From NCBI RefSeq assembly GCF_009914755.1, contig NC_060926.1: a stretch of DNA of 64,000 nt. The stretch is one strand, 5' to 3'. The stretch is from the human T2T-CHM13v2.0 reference genome, Homo sapiens. How positions within the stretch are numbered: position 1 is the first letter of the stretch; each line of letters starts with the position of its first letter. Shown here piece after piece: positions 43,029 through 58,198 of the stretch. The position numbers were made by a program, and so were the translations under genes. The notes beneath the pieces were generated by a model, which did not search any database, was not told where the DNA came from, and worked only from the letters and a program-made list of their open reading frames with translations.

Positions 43029-43046
43029 ATCCCACTTCTGACACCG
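43029..43046 (-). other. Primer binding site, tRNA-Leu type
   Basis: + strand atcccacttctgacacc(g) matches the recalled tRNA-Leu 3' end ATCCCACTTCTGACACCA at 17/18 positions, adjacent to the 5' LTR. Confidence 0.85.
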
Positions 43047-43167
43047 TCATTTAAAAGAAAGTAAGTTAGACAGGTTACATTAAACAGAGTTTAATTGAGC
43101 AAAGAAAGATCTTCAAACTGGATAGCCTCCTGAGCCAGAATATGCTCAGAGAGACTCCTTTACTAGA

Positions 43168-43535
43168 TTTTTTAAAAATTTACTATTCATTTCTATTGTA
43201 AAATATACATAACATATGATTTACCATTTTAACCATCTTTAAGTGTACAACTCACTGGCATTACGTATAGTCACATAGTTGGGCAATGTCATCACCATCC
43301 ATGTGCAGATCTTTTTTTTATCATCTCAAATTGAAATTTTGTATCCATTAAACAATAACTACCCAATACTTATTCCCCATATCTTTTGGCAATTTTAATG
43401 CTACTTTCTGTCTCCAGGGATGACTTTTCCAGGTACCTCACATAAGTGAAAGAATATATTTGTCCTTTTGTCTCTGGCTTATTTTACTTAGTGTAATGTT
43501 GTCAAGATTATTCTATATTGTAGCATGTATCAGCC
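43168..43535 (-). mobile_element. L1MB-type 3' end
   Basis: 'aaaatatacataacatatgatttaccattttaaccatctttaagtgtaca'. Confidence 0.85.
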
Positions 43536-44990
43536 TTGTTGATAGATCTTTTATAAATGAAGATTTCAGAAAATGCCAACATTGTCAAGGAGACACTTCC
43601 CCTGCCTCAGAAAGTTAATAAGATAAACATTAGGATTTCTGATTTTGACTAGATATATTTACTAGGCTATTTAACTACATTTCAAAAGACTTTCTTATAA
43701 TAATATGTTTCTGGAAAACTACACAGTGAATGACTTGGCCACATAGTAAATAATTTAGTTGGCTAACATCTCTGGAGGAGGTAGTTTCAGAATGCCTATC
43801 TTTATAAAAATGGGCATAGGTCTTTGTCTGAAATTAGGAAATTTTTCAACATAAATATTATTGTGATCTATAGACTGTAACCTTTAACTTGCTCCTTTTC
43901 ATCAACTATAAGATCAAATTCTTGGCACAATATAATAGCATTCCAACATCTAGTGAAAACAGATGTCTCTTTTATTAAAATAAAGAGAATAAAACTGAAA
44001 TGTTTTCAGTTTTCACTTAGCTTCTTAACTTTTAAAATATCTGTCATCAGTATATTTGATTATGTGCTTAAAATCCAACAGTCCTTCATGTAAAAACCAT
44101 AGTTTAATATATTCATATTGGAATACAGCTTGCACGTAAAATCATTGAAACTGCACATTTTCTTTGCTTTATATTTGTATTTTCCTGACATAAAATGTGT
44201 AAGTTATTATATAAATATATTTTAATTGATCATTTGAATTGAATATTTATTGTGCCATATTACATTTTGTACATTTTTTCACACACATCATCTTATTTAC
44301 TAGATTCATTCAACTAACTTTACTGAGAACCTGCACTATGTCACTTTATTCTAGAAAATTAAAATGCAATTGTAAAGAAGACAGAAATGGACCATCTTTA
44401 CATAGCTTTTATTAACTACTGGGGAATATAGACAAATAGATCTTTGTAATGCAGTGTGAGATATGCTATGATAGGTACAGAGGGATAGCAGACACATAGA
44501 CGAGTGTACAATAAACATATTCTGTGAAAGCTGAGGACCCTAAGAAGAACATAATGACTGAACAGAAAACCGTGCTATTTTTGCTTTGTGGTAAACCAAA
44601 GGAGTACTTATAGGTAGATCAAGATACTCTTCAGAAAGTTAATGTGAGTCTCCAGTTAATGGACAGATGGATAATACATGACTCCAAGTTTCATTTCTTA
44701 GATTAAGTTATGTTTGATGTAACTTGAGTTTTGAGCCTAAAAAATGTAAAACAATAAACAGACATCCAGCAAATGCACCCATTGGTACCTAGATCATGCA
44801 CAGCTACTTTTAAGTGTACACACAAAACTGTTTGTGACATGTACTCCAAGGAAACTTAGGTGGCAGTAATTTTCAAATCATTTGGAATTTGGTGAGTATC
44901 CATCAAAGATGGTTACTTTAGCTTTAGAGTAGTTGCTGTGTTGCTTGTCTTTCCAGCAAGAGCTGGCTAGCAAGTTTTTTGTTTATTTAG

Positions 44991-45281
<291 letters not shown>

Positions 45282-45672
45282 TGAACAAATAATCATTTGA
45301 TGAGTAATACAAGGGGAAATGTAGAATTTTATGCAAAATAAAACAGGAAGACCCAGTGTAGGTTCTCAGTTCAGAAGTTTTCCTGAAAAAGTAAGATGAG
45401 ACCTGAAGTATTAATAGAAATTTGCAAAGTGAGATTGGGGGATAGGGTGTTCTAGGCAGAGGAAACAACTTATGGTAAACATTCAAGCAAAGAAGATAGA
45501 ATCTCACATTTTAAGGATTTAGAGAGGAAGAATGCAGTGTCTTAGATGAGAAAAAGGAGCATCAGGAGTATCATCTAAAAATTTAAGACTTAATTTTAAG
45601 AGCAATGAAGTTCTATGAAAGCATTTGAAATGAAGATTTGACATGACCAGATTTTGTTTTAAGAGGTCACAT

Positions 45673-46080
45673 TGATATAGTTTGAACGTGTGTCCCTGCC
45701 CAAATCTCATATTGAAATGTAATCTGCAATGCTGGAGGTGGGGCCTGGTGGGAGGTGATTGGATTATGGGGGTGGATTTCTCATGAATGGTTTAGCACCA
45801 TCCCCTTTGGTACTGCCCTGGTGATAGTGAGTGAGTTCTCCTGATATCTGGTTGTTTAAAAGTGCTTAGGCCCTCCTGCCTCACTTTCTTGCTCTCGCTT
45901 TTGCTGTGTGAGGAGCCCTTTGCCTTCTGCCGTATTTGGAAGCTTCCTGAGGCCTCCCCAGAAGTAGATACTTCTATGCTTCCTGTGCAACCTGCAGAGC
46001 CATGAGCCAGTTAAATCTCTTTTCCTATAAATTACCAGTATCAGGTATTTCTTTATAGAAATATGAGAATGTCCTGCCAC
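45673..46080 (+). mobile_element. MSTA/MSTB-like solo LTR
   Basis: 'tgatatagtttgaacgtgtgtccctgcccaaatctcatattgaaatgtaatc...ggtatttctttatag'. Confidence 0.88.
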
Positions 46081-46764
46081 CCACTCAAACTTAAACTTTT
46101 GATGAGAGTAGGAATGGGGTGCAGTGTACTGATTTGAGACATAATTATGAGGTAAAAACCAAGAGGACTTGATGATTGGTATCATGTAGAAGTATAGTAA
46201 TTTTCCTGAGTGTGAAGTACTTGGGAAAAATTCTATAAGTGGATGATGACCTAGCATGCATTCAAATAGCATATAGCAAATAGTCAAAAGATATTTGCTG
46301 AATGAACACCTCATGTATATATCTGTTTAAAAATTGAAGATGACAAAGTTAGAATGTAGGTTTTGGAAAAATAATCGAATGGATGATTATTGGAAAGTGA
46401 AATGGGCCACACAGACAATGTGGCTTCAAAAGCAAGGAAGAATTAGGACAGCTCTTTGAGCAATCCTACTTAACTGATGAGTAGAAATGGAAAGCAGGCA
46501 AAGAATTCTGAAAAGGAGTAGAGTAAGATGAAGAAAAACTGGGAAAGCATGTTATCATTAATAGAAAATTGAAAGTGTTTCAGAAAGAGGGTATTGTCAA
46601 TATTGTGTGATGCTTCTCATATTAGATAAGAACTGAGTGCTGACCGGCTCTGGAGATACAGAATGTTTGGTACTATAAATGAGAACATTTTCGATAGAAT
46701 AGTGAAGGCTGCAATCAGGCTGGGTTTGAGAACTGAGTGACAGATAAGCAATACTTGGGGAGAG

Positions 46765-47146
46765 TGATATGGCTAGGCTTTATGTCCCCACCCAGATCTC
46801 ATCTTGAATTGTAATGCCCATAATCCCTAGACATCAAGGGAGAGACCAGGACCAGGTGGAGGTAATTGAATAATGGGGGCGATTTCTCCCATGCTGTTCT
46901 CATAACAGTGAGTGAGTTCTCATGACACCTGATGATTTTACAAGGCGCTCTTCCCTCTTTGCTCAGCACTTCTTCCTGCTGCCTTGTGAAGAAGGTGCCT
47001 TGTTTCCCCTTCGCCTTCCACCATGATTGTAAGTTTTCTGAGGCCTCTCCAGCCATGCTGAACTGTGAGTCAGTTAAACCTCTTCCCTTTATCAATTACT
47101 CGGTCTCTAGCAGTTCTTTTTAGTAGTATGGAAATGGACTAATACA
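46765..47146 (+). mobile_element. THE1D-like solo LTR
   Basis: tgatatggc...ggactaataca; perfect TSD GAGAG. Confidence 0.92.
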
Positions 47147-48041
47147 GAGAGCAACAGAAGATAACTCATTCAAGACATTTGAAAAAGAAATATAAATAAG
47201 AAATAGCAGAGGTTATTCAGGCAAGGGTGAAAATCCTAGCTTTGCCATTTGTTATTTATACGACTTCCAGTAATTACCCAATTTTTGTTTAAGCAAAAAT
47301 TTAAGACTTTGGAATTAGCAAAAGAGGTTACTGTATATCTTTCAATCAAATACTGGAGCCTCTGGAAATTACCTGATTCTACAGGGATATGCATGTTTGT
47401 TACTGACTAAACTCTGTAGAGATACTTTTAATAAAAGTTTACTTGTAGAACACAGAATAACACAGATAATTCTTGCTTATAAACATGCAAATAAATTTGG
47501 TCTAGTAGAGATTAAACTTACCTATTCCAGAGAGAAAACAGTTTTTTTAATTCCATGTTAAAATTCATATCACCATTCCTCTATTCCACATAACTTGGTG
47601 ATTTTTGGTCATCTTTGAATTCACTGTAACATCCATCTTGGTCCCTCATTTATCTAAAGAGATTAATCATTCACACATGTTCATTTTATATTTGTATAAA
47701 AGTTATGATTGTAACACTTTAAAAGGGTTTTTTTATAAGTATCAATTTGCTGTCTGGGCAATGAGTTGTTGAGAGAGTTAATTAAAATACTTTAAGTAAA
47801 AATGCTTAACACATTGGCTTAAAAAGAAATTTGAGGTAATTGCTGGAGAGGAACGTGTGGTTAAGTGCAGGTGTTTTGTTTTTAAATAGTGTGAGAAACT
47901 TCAGCATGTCTGAATCCAATGGAAAGGAGCCAGTAGGGAGGGAAGGCCTCATGGTATAGGACAGAGGAGGAAAAATTAACTGATCAGGATCTGATAGATG
48001 ATGGGAAGAAAAGGAAGGTAGATCATTTGGGCAGAAATTGA

Positions 48042-49752
48042 TTTTTTTAAAATTAAATTTATAACTATTATGGGTACATAGTATATGTATATATTTAAAG
48101 AGTACATGAGATATTTTAACACAGGCATACAATGCATAGTAATCACATCAGGGCAAATGGGGTATTCATTATCTCAAGCTTTTATCATTTCTTTGTATTA
48201 CAAACATTCCAGTGATACTCTTAGTTATTTCAAAATGTACAATAACTTTTTGTTTACTGTAGTATTGCTGTTGTGCTATCAAATACTAGATCTTATTCAT
48301 TCTATCTGTTTATATTTTGTACCCATTAACAATTCCATTTTTCCCTGACCCTGCTACGCTTTCCAGTCTCTGGAAATCATCATTCTATTCTCCATCTCCA
48401 TGAGTTCAGCTATTTTAATTTTAGCTCCCACAGATGACTGAGAACATGCATAGTTTGTCTTTCTGTGCGTGTGCAATTTGTCTTTCTGTGCCTGGCTTAT
48501 TTCACTTAACACAATGTCCTTCAGTCCATTCATATTGTTGCAAATGACAAGATCACATTCTTTTTTTATGGCTGAATAGCTCTCCACTGGGTATATGTAG
48601 CACATTTTCTTTATTCATTTGTCTGTTGATGGACACTTAGGTTGCTTCCACATATTGGCTATTGTGAATAGTGCTGCAATAAACAAGAGGGTAGATATCT
48701 CTTTGATATACTGACTTCCTTTCTTTTGGGTATTAAAATGGGAGGTGGGATTGCTGGATCATACGGTAGTTCTATTTATAGTTTCTGAGGAATCTCCAAA
48801 CTATTCTCCATAGTTTCTCTACTAAATTACACTCCCACCAGCCATATATGAGGGTTCTCTTTACTTCACATCCTCACCAGCATTTGTTATTGCCTGCCTT
48901 TTGGATAAAAGCCATTTCAATTGGGGTGAGATAATATCTTATTGTGGCTTTGATTGACATTTCTCTGATGATCAATGATATTGAACACCTTTTCATATAT
49001 TAATTGGCCATTTGTATGTTTTCTTTGGAAAAATGTCTATTCAGGTCCTTTGTCCATATTTAAAATTGGCTATTTGTTTTTTGCTATTGAGTTGTATGAG
49101 TTCCTTATATGTTTTGGATATTAATTCTTTTTGATTGATGGTTTGCAAATATTTTCTTCCACTCCATAGATTGCCTTTTTATTTTAATAGTTGTTTCATT
49201 TGCTACACAGAAGTTTTTTAGTTTGATGTAGCCCTACTTGTTTATTTTTGCCTTTGTTGCCTATGCTTTCAATGTCATATCCAAAAAATCATTGCAAAGA
49301 CCAATGTGAAGGAGATTTTTACTTATATTTTCTTCTAGGAGTTCTAAATATAGCGGTATCAGATCTTATAATTAAGTTTTTAATCCATTTTGAGTTGATT
49401 TTTATATGTGGTATAGGGCAAGGGTACAATTTCATTCTTTTGCATATGGATAGTCAGTTTTCCCAACATCATTTATTGAAGAGACTTTTCTTTACCCATT
49501 GTGTATTTTTGGTGCCCTTGTTAAAGATCAGTTGGCCATACATGCATGGATTTGTTTCTGTATTCTCTATTCTGTTGCATTGGTCTGTTTTTGTGCTAAT
49601 AACATATTCTTTTGATTATTATCGTTTTGTAATATAGTTTGAAGTCAGACTATGAATCTCCCAGTTGTAGTCTTTTTCATCAAGATTGCTTTGGCTACTT
49701 GAGTTCTTTCGTGGTTCCATATGAACTTTGGGATTTTTTTTCTATTTCTGTG
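48042..49752 (-). mobile_element. L1MA (L1MA3-like) 3' end; appears to resume at 57255-57300
   Basis: 'tgggtacatagtatatgtatatattta...gtacatgagatatttt..acaggcatacaatg..taatcacatcagg', then antisense ORF2. Confidence 0.88.
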
Positions 49753-50515
49753 ACTTGTCCTCTTCTTTCCTTCCACTCTTTTGGAGTCCCAGTGTCTATT
49801 CTATTGTTTCCATCTTTATTTCTATATGTACCCACTGTTTAGCTCTCACTTATAAGTGAAAAAATGTGGTATTTGATTTTATGTTTCTGCATTATTTCAC
49901 TTAGGATAATTGGCTTCAGCTCCATCCATGTTGCTGCAAACAACACGATTTTTGTTCTTTTTTTTTATGGCTGCATAGTATTCTATGGTGTATATATACT
50001 ATATTTTCTTTATCCAATCCAATTGACAGACACTTATGTTGATTCTATGACTTTGCTATTGTGAATAGTACTGCAGTAAACATGTAAGTGTGGTGTCTTT
50101 TTGGTAAAACAATGTATTTTCCTTAGGGTAGATATCCAGTAGTGGGGTTGTTGGGTCAAAAGGTCATTGTATTTTTAGTTCTTTGAGAAATCTTTATACT
50201 ATTTTTCATAGGAGTTGAACTAATTTATTTTCCCACCAAGAGTATATAAGCATTCCTATTTTCTCTGCTTTCTTACCAACATCTGTTATTGTTTGACTTT
50301 TTAGTAATGGCCATTGTGAGTAGTATGAGATGGTATCTTATTGTGGTTTTAATTTGCATTTGATCTCTGATGATTAGTGATGTTGAACTTTTTTTCATAA
50401 GTTTTTTGGCCATGTGTATGTCTTCTTTGGAGAAGTGTCTGTTCATGTACTTTGCCCATATTTTAATGGTTATTTTTCTTGTTGCTTTAAGTTCCTTCTC
50501 GATTTTGGATATTAG

Positions 50516-50880
<365 letters not shown>

Positions 50881-53800
50881 CTGTTTTTTCTATTGATAAT
50901 TTCTTATGCTGTGCAGAAGCTCTTTAATTTAATTAACTCCTATTTGTCTATTTTTGTTTGTGTTGCCTTTGCTTTTATGGTCTTAGTCATAAATTCTTTG
51001 CCTAGGACAATGTCCAGAAGAGTTTTTCTTAGGTTTCATGCTAGAATTTTTACATTTTCAGGTCTTAAATTTAAGTCTTTAATCCATTTTGCATGAATTT
51101 TTGTATATGGTTAGAGGTAGGGATCCAGTTTCATTCTGCATATGGCTAATCAGTTTACCCAGCACCATTTATTGAATAGGGTATCCTTTTCCCCATTATT
51201 TATTTTTGTCAGTTTTGTCAAAGATAAGGTGATTGTAGGTATTTAGCTTTATTTTGGGGTTCTTTATTCTATATTATTGATCTATATGCCTATTTTTGTA
51301 CTAGTACCAAGCTGTTTTTGTTACTATAGCCTTGTAGTAGCGTTGGAAGTCAGGTAATGTGATGCCCCTGGCTTTGTCCTTTTTGCTTAGGATTGCTTTG
51401 GCTATTCACACTCTTCTTTTGGTTTCAAATGAATTTTAGAATTGTGTTTTCCAATTTTGTGATAAATGACCTTGGTAATTTTACAAAAATTGCATTGAAT
51501 CTGTGGATTGCCTTGGGCAGTATGATCATTTTAATTTATTAATTTTTCCAATCTATGAACATGGCATGTTTTTCCATTTGTTTATGTCATCTATGATTTC
51601 TTTCATCAGTGTTTTGTAGTTCTCCTTGTAGAGATCTTTCACCTCCTTGGTTAAATATTCCTAAATATCTTTTTGTGTGGCTGTTGTAAATGGGATTGAT
51701 TCCTTGATTTGGTTCTCATCTTGAACATTTTTGAAGTGTTCTTGAACATTATCGAAATCCTGCTGATTTTTATAAATTGATTTTGTATCCTTAAACTTTG
51801 CTGAAGTCATTTATCAGGTTGAGGAGGTTTTTTTTGTAGCAATCTTTAGGGTTTTCTAGGTATAGGATGATATCATCGGTTAGCAGAGATAATTTGACTT
51901 CCTCTTTTTCTGTTTGGATGCTTTTTATTTGTTTCTCTTGCTCAATTACTATGGCTAGGACTTCCAGTACTATGTGGAATAAGAGTGGTGAGAGTGGGCA
52001 TCCTTGTTCCAGTTTTAAGGGGGATAGTTTCACTTTTCCCCATTCAGTATGATGTCGACTGTGGGTTTGTCATCGATGACTCATCATTTTGAGATAGGTT
52101 CCCTTGATGCCTAGTTTATTGAGGATTTTTATCATAAAGGGATGTTGGATTTTATCAAATGCTTTTTCTGCATCTATAGAAGTGATCAAATGGTTTTTGT
52201 TTTACATTCTGTTAATGTGGTGAATCACATTTATTTATTTGCATATGTGGAATCATCCTTGCATCTCAGGAATAAAACTCACTTGATCATGATAAATTAC
52301 CTTGTTGATGTACTGCTGGATTTGGTTAGCTCATATTTTGTTGAGGGTTTGTACATCTGTGTTCATCAGTGATGTTGGCGTAGTTTTCTTTTTTTGTTAT
52401 GTTACTGCCAGATTTTGGTATCAGGATGATGCTAGTTTCACAGAGGGAGGAAACTCCTCCTTGAATTTTTACAATAGTTTCAGTAGGATTGGTACCAGCT
52501 CTTTTTTGTGTGTCTAGTAGAATTCAGCTGTGAATTTCTCTGGTTCAGGGATTTTTTTGGTTGGCCAATTTTTTATTACTGATTTGTTAGTTTTGTAACT
52601 CATTATTTGTCTGCTCATGATTTCAGTTTCTTCCTGGTTTAAGTTTGGGTGGTTGTGTGTTTCCAGGAATTTATCCATTTTTAGTTTGTGTGGATACAGG
52701 TGTTCACTGTAGTTTCTGAGGATCTTTTGTATTCCTGTGGTATCAGCTGTAATGTCATCTTTGTTATTTCTGGTTGTGCATATTTGGATCGTCTCTCTTC
52801 TTTGTTAATCTAGCTTGTGGTTTATTAATCTTGTTTGTCTTTTCATAGAACCAACTTTTGGTTTCATAGATCCTTTGTATGGTTTTTCAGTCTCAGTTTC
52901 ATTTAGTTCTGCTCTGATCTTTGTTATTTCTTCTGCTAGATTTATGTTTGGTTTCTTCTTCATTTTCTAGTTGCTTTAGGTGAAATATTAGGCTGTCAAT
53001 TTGAGATCTTTATGTCTTTATGATGTAGGCATTTCATGCTATAAACTTTCCTCTTAACACTGCTTTTGCTGTCTCCCAGAGGTTGTGGTATGTTGTATCT
53101 CTATTTTCATTTATTTCAAAACCTTTTTTGATTTCTCCCGTAATTTCATTTTTAACTCAAAAAAGCCATTCAGGAGCAAATTGTATATTTTCCATGTACT
53201 TGTGTGGTTTTGAGAGTTTCTTTTGGTATTGATTTCTAATTTTATTCTACTGTGGGCTGAGAAGATGCTTGTTATGATTCCAATTTTTTGAATTTAGGGA
53301 GACTTGCTTTCTGACCAAACATGTGGTAAATTGTAGAGAACGCTCCAGTAGCAGAAGAGAAAATGTATATTCTGTGGTTGTTGAGTGGAGTATTCTGTAG
53401 ATGTCTATTAGAGCCATTTTGTGAAGAGTCCAATTTAAGTATAGAGTTCTTTGTTAATTTTCTAACCTCAGTGATCTGTTTAGTACTGTCACTGCTGTTT
53501 TGAAGTCTGCTACTACAATTGTATGGCTATCTCTTTCTTTTGTTAGGCATAGAAGTATTTGTTTTATAAATCATTGTGATCCTGTTTGTGTGCATATATA
53601 TTTAGGATGGCTAAATCTTTTTGTTGAACTGGAAAACTTATCATTATATAATGGCCTTCCTTGTCTTTTTTTTACTGTTGTTATTTTAAAGTCTTTTTTA
53701 TCTGATACAAGAATAGTAAGTGGTGCTATTTTGTTGTTTTTTATTTATATGATAGATCTTTCTCCATCCTTTCATTTTGAGACTGTGGGTGTCCATATAC

Positions 53801-54797
53801 ATGAGATGTGTCTCTTGAAGGCAGGAGGTAGGTCTTAGTTTTTTAAAACCCAATTTGCCACTCTATCTCTTTTAAGTGGAGTGCTGAGGCCATTTCCATT
53901 CAAGGTTTTTATTGGTATGTGAGGGTTTGTTCCTATCATGGTGTTTGGATTGCTTTGTAGTCTCAATTATATAGTTTGTTTATAGGATCTGTAAGCTTTG
54001 TATTTATGTGTGCTTTTATAGTAGCATTTCATTTCCATGTTTAGAACTCCTTTTAGTATTTCTTCTGGGTATGGTCTGGTGGTGATGAATTCCTTTAGTG
54101 TGTACTTGTGTGGAAAAGACTTTATTTTTTTTCATTTATGAAGCTTAGTTTGGCAGCATATGAAATTCTTGGCTGGCATTTTTTTTTTCTTTAAGAAGGG
54201 TAAAAATAGCTCCCCAGTCTCTTCTGGCTTGTAAGATTTCTGCTGAGAAGTCTGCTGTTAGTCTGATGGGATTTCCTTTATAGGTAATCTGGTTATTTTC
54301 TCTAGCTGCCTTTAAGATTTTTTCTTTTACATTTAGTTTGGATAGTCTAATGATTATGTAACTTGGGGATGGTCATCTTGTATAGTATCTCACAGATGTT
54401 TTTTGAATTTCTTCGATCTGGATGTCAACCTTTCTAGCTAGAGCAGGGAAATTTTACTGAATTATTTCCTCAAATATGTTTTTCAAGTTGCTTACTTTTG
54501 CTTTTCTTTCTCAGGAATGCCAGTAAGTCATAGGTTTTGTTACTTTACATAACTCTATATTTATGAGAGACTTTGTTTGCCTTAACTAAGTTAATTCAAA
54601 AGACTGGTCTTAAAGCTCTAAAATTCTTTCTTCTGGTTGGTCTGGTCTATTGTTAAAGCTTCCAACTCTATTTTGAAATTTCTTTAGTGAATTTTTCAAT
54701 TTCAGAGGTTCTATTTGGTTTTAACATATCTATCTCATCTTTTACATCCTGAATCATTTTTCTAGGTTCTTTGTGTTAGATTTCAACTTTTTTTTGG

Positions 54798-55413
<616 letters not shown>

Positions 55414-58040
55414 CTTTCTTTTGGATCTTATTTGGTTACCTTGCAATTTATATTTTGAATTCTTTGTCATTTCAGACTTTGCATTTTGCTTAGTATCCAT
55501 TCCTAGAGAGCAAGAGAGCTAGTGTAATCCTTTGGAGGTGTCAAGGCATTCTGGCCTTTTTTACTGCTGTAGTTCTTGTGATGAACTCTTTTTCTCATGT
55601 GAACGTGCTGTTTCTTCTTACTTTTGAATATGCTATCATTTGGGTGAAACTTTTTAATTTTTGTGTTCTTTTTCTCTTGAGAGTATGACTGTGATGTTTG
55701 TTATTAGTGATTGTTTAGCTTCATTTCTGGGTGCTTTCAGGGGGCCAAGACTGGGTTACTTGGTTGTGGATAGCTTCTCTGTGGTGTCTTTATTGGATGC
55801 TGCTTTGTGGTAATGTATTGGATGTATGAGCTGACACACGCTGTATTATGTGGGGCTGAGGGTGCAGAGGACTCAGAAAGCTTATTTCATGGGCTAGCAC
55901 TAAGCCCCTCAAGCAGCAGGCTTTTAATTTGCTTGTGCAGTTCAGGCTGCAGTCCAGTAGGTGACACTTAAGAGCAGTAGCTGGTGGGCCCTCAGGTGAG
56001 ATGATGACCAGTGGAAGCACCCACGCTGATGGGGTCATTGCAAGAAGAGATTGTGCTTGGGTGCTCTGAGATACCGGGGAAATGGATAGAGAGGTGTACA
56101 AGCTCTTCATCATAACCTGACAGAAATGCTATCTGCTTTCCTATTGTGCCTGGTCATAGGGCTTATGACCTTAAGTTCATGAAGACTTTGTCCTTTGTTT
56201 CCTGGCCACAGTACAGCTGTGGGCACTGGATATGCCCTTCTGACACCTCCTGCAAAAATAGTCTTGGGGGAAGAGACACTGCTCTCATTCTAGAGCAGGC
56301 AACTCCATGGCTTGTCTGTCCTCCATTGCTGGGATACTGCCCTCTGTGTAAGGAGGGGGAGTTGAGTTGTATACACCCAGGTGGCATGGGCTCACTTTCA
56401 GTGGGGATGTGGCTACTACAAAAAGCATGAAAAAATGCTTTCTCTGAGTGCACACACACCAGCCCCCAGTGAAAAGGACTGCTGCTGCATCCGCAACAGT
56501 GGCTAAGGGAAGGGTTTGGAGATGTTCCCCTTTCCATGTCTGTTCCTGGGCATCGGTGCTGCCACCTTCACCAGCTGGAGCTGTGCTCCTATTTTCTTTG
56601 TCCCCAGAGGGGATTTGGTGAGCTGCAATCCCCTCTTCCCTAAGCATGGCCTATGCTGAGGCTTAGATCTCCAGGAGTCCCACAGCTTCCCAGGGACCTG
56701 CTGGTCCACTGTGCTTACCAAAGTCAGAGTGGGTTGTAGGGAACATTTTGGGGTGATCTGGGGGTGTGGTGACTCAAAGGCACATTCTCAAGCAGAGCAG
56801 TGGCCACCACAGCTGCACAAGCAGTATGGTACCTGTCATCTTAGTTCAGGTGTACAGGGAGTGCAGACATGCCTGTGCAATCTGGCTTCCCAGTTCTTTG
56901 TCCTCTGGAACTCCCCAAATCATTATTGATAGTGTTGCTGTGGGTCACAAGAGCAGAAGTGTTTCTCAACAGTTTGGCAGTCAGCCAACTGTTGCAGGGG
57001 TGAAGACAGCAGAGATGTTTTTCTGTCTACCCCTTCCGTGAGGCTCTGAGTTCCTCAGGGGTTCATCCCTGCCAGACTCTTGCTGCTTTCCTTTTCTGCA
57101 ACCCAACTTCTTTCTGTGGGCACTCTAATGGGTCCTGGCCCACTTCCCTCAGTTTTCCATGCATAACTTGTCCATTCACCAGTAACTGTGATCTTCTTTC
57201 TGAGGAGAACTGACATCCAATGTCCCTAGTTAGACATCCTGAAAAAAAAAAAAAGAAATATATTTCCATTTATTTGTGTCTTCAATATCTTTTATCAATG
57301 CCTTGGCAAGCCAAGGCATTTTCTTTGAGGCATGGGCCGGATCCTTTTAGTTTTTGAATTTTTTCTGATGTGAATGGTGAGAAGCAATTCTTTGCTCAAC
57401 TTTCTTGTTATTTCTGAATTGATAATATCACTTAAAATTCTATAGCTATAGTAATTTCTTGCATATTTTTATATCATGAACCTTTTCTAAACTGTTACAT
57501 GTTTTTCCAAACCATGAATTTTAATGGTTGTAGAATTGGAAAATAAACATTTGTCCTTCTTGCCACCACTTTGGTATTTCCAGAGTCTGATTAACGGAAA
57601 AATATATTTGTTGGAATCTGCTCTAAATAGAAGATTTTTTTTCTTCAGGTTATTAACCACTATGACAATTTAAATTTTAGTATTAAATTAATTAATTCAG
57701 AACTATTAGTAAATAAAAATACATTTGACTAGATTTTAAACAAAAATCCTTTATCTATATGTAATTATTTATATATGTGTGAATATATCCAAAGAGACAT
57801 AGAAAGAAAAGACTTAATATGCCTCTAAAAGTCATCTTACGATTATAAGTTAAATGCTTCTTACATGTTAGAGCTATGGGCTAATTCACTGTATAAGTCA
57901 CTAATGATTGCATAACATTAGAATGACGACTTCTTTTCTTAAGCTACATGGGGGTATAGTTGATAATTTTATGTGTTATTATATTGCATACATCATTTAA
58001 AATAGCTTGCATGTAATGCAGCACAGCAACCAGTCAAACT

Positions 58041-58054
58041 GTTGCTATGACAAC
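58041..58054. promoter_or_regulatory. Putative RFX X-box
   Basis: GTTGCTATGACAAC fits GTHNYY-AT-RRNAAC; AP-1 TGAGTCA at 58110-58116. Confidence 0.45.
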
Positions 58055-58198
58055 AGTATTGGTTCTTTTCTAATTAGCAGCATAGGATGCTGCTTAAATC
58101 TACTGGCATTGAGTCAAGTAGTAAGGGTATTGTCATTATCATGCTTTTTCTCAGTTCAGGACAGTTAAATATATCAATTTATAATTTTTTCATTAAAT

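Larger units (their letters stand above)
36317..43158 (-). mobile_element. Decayed ERV1 provirus, MER57-type (partial LTRs plus MER4-group internal region)
   Basis: 3' LTR at 36317-36494 (minus strand starts TGTTAAATTAAGCTTAGCCTAAAGCCGCCTC) preceded by a polypurine tract; partial 5' LTR at 43050-43158. Both share aacagagtttaattgagc. PBS, integrase and env remnants lie in proviral order. Confidence 0.85.

Noticed and set aside
43029-43046. tRNA-Leu gene
   Set aside because: Only the 18-nt 3' end matches, next to an LTR, so it is a PBS.
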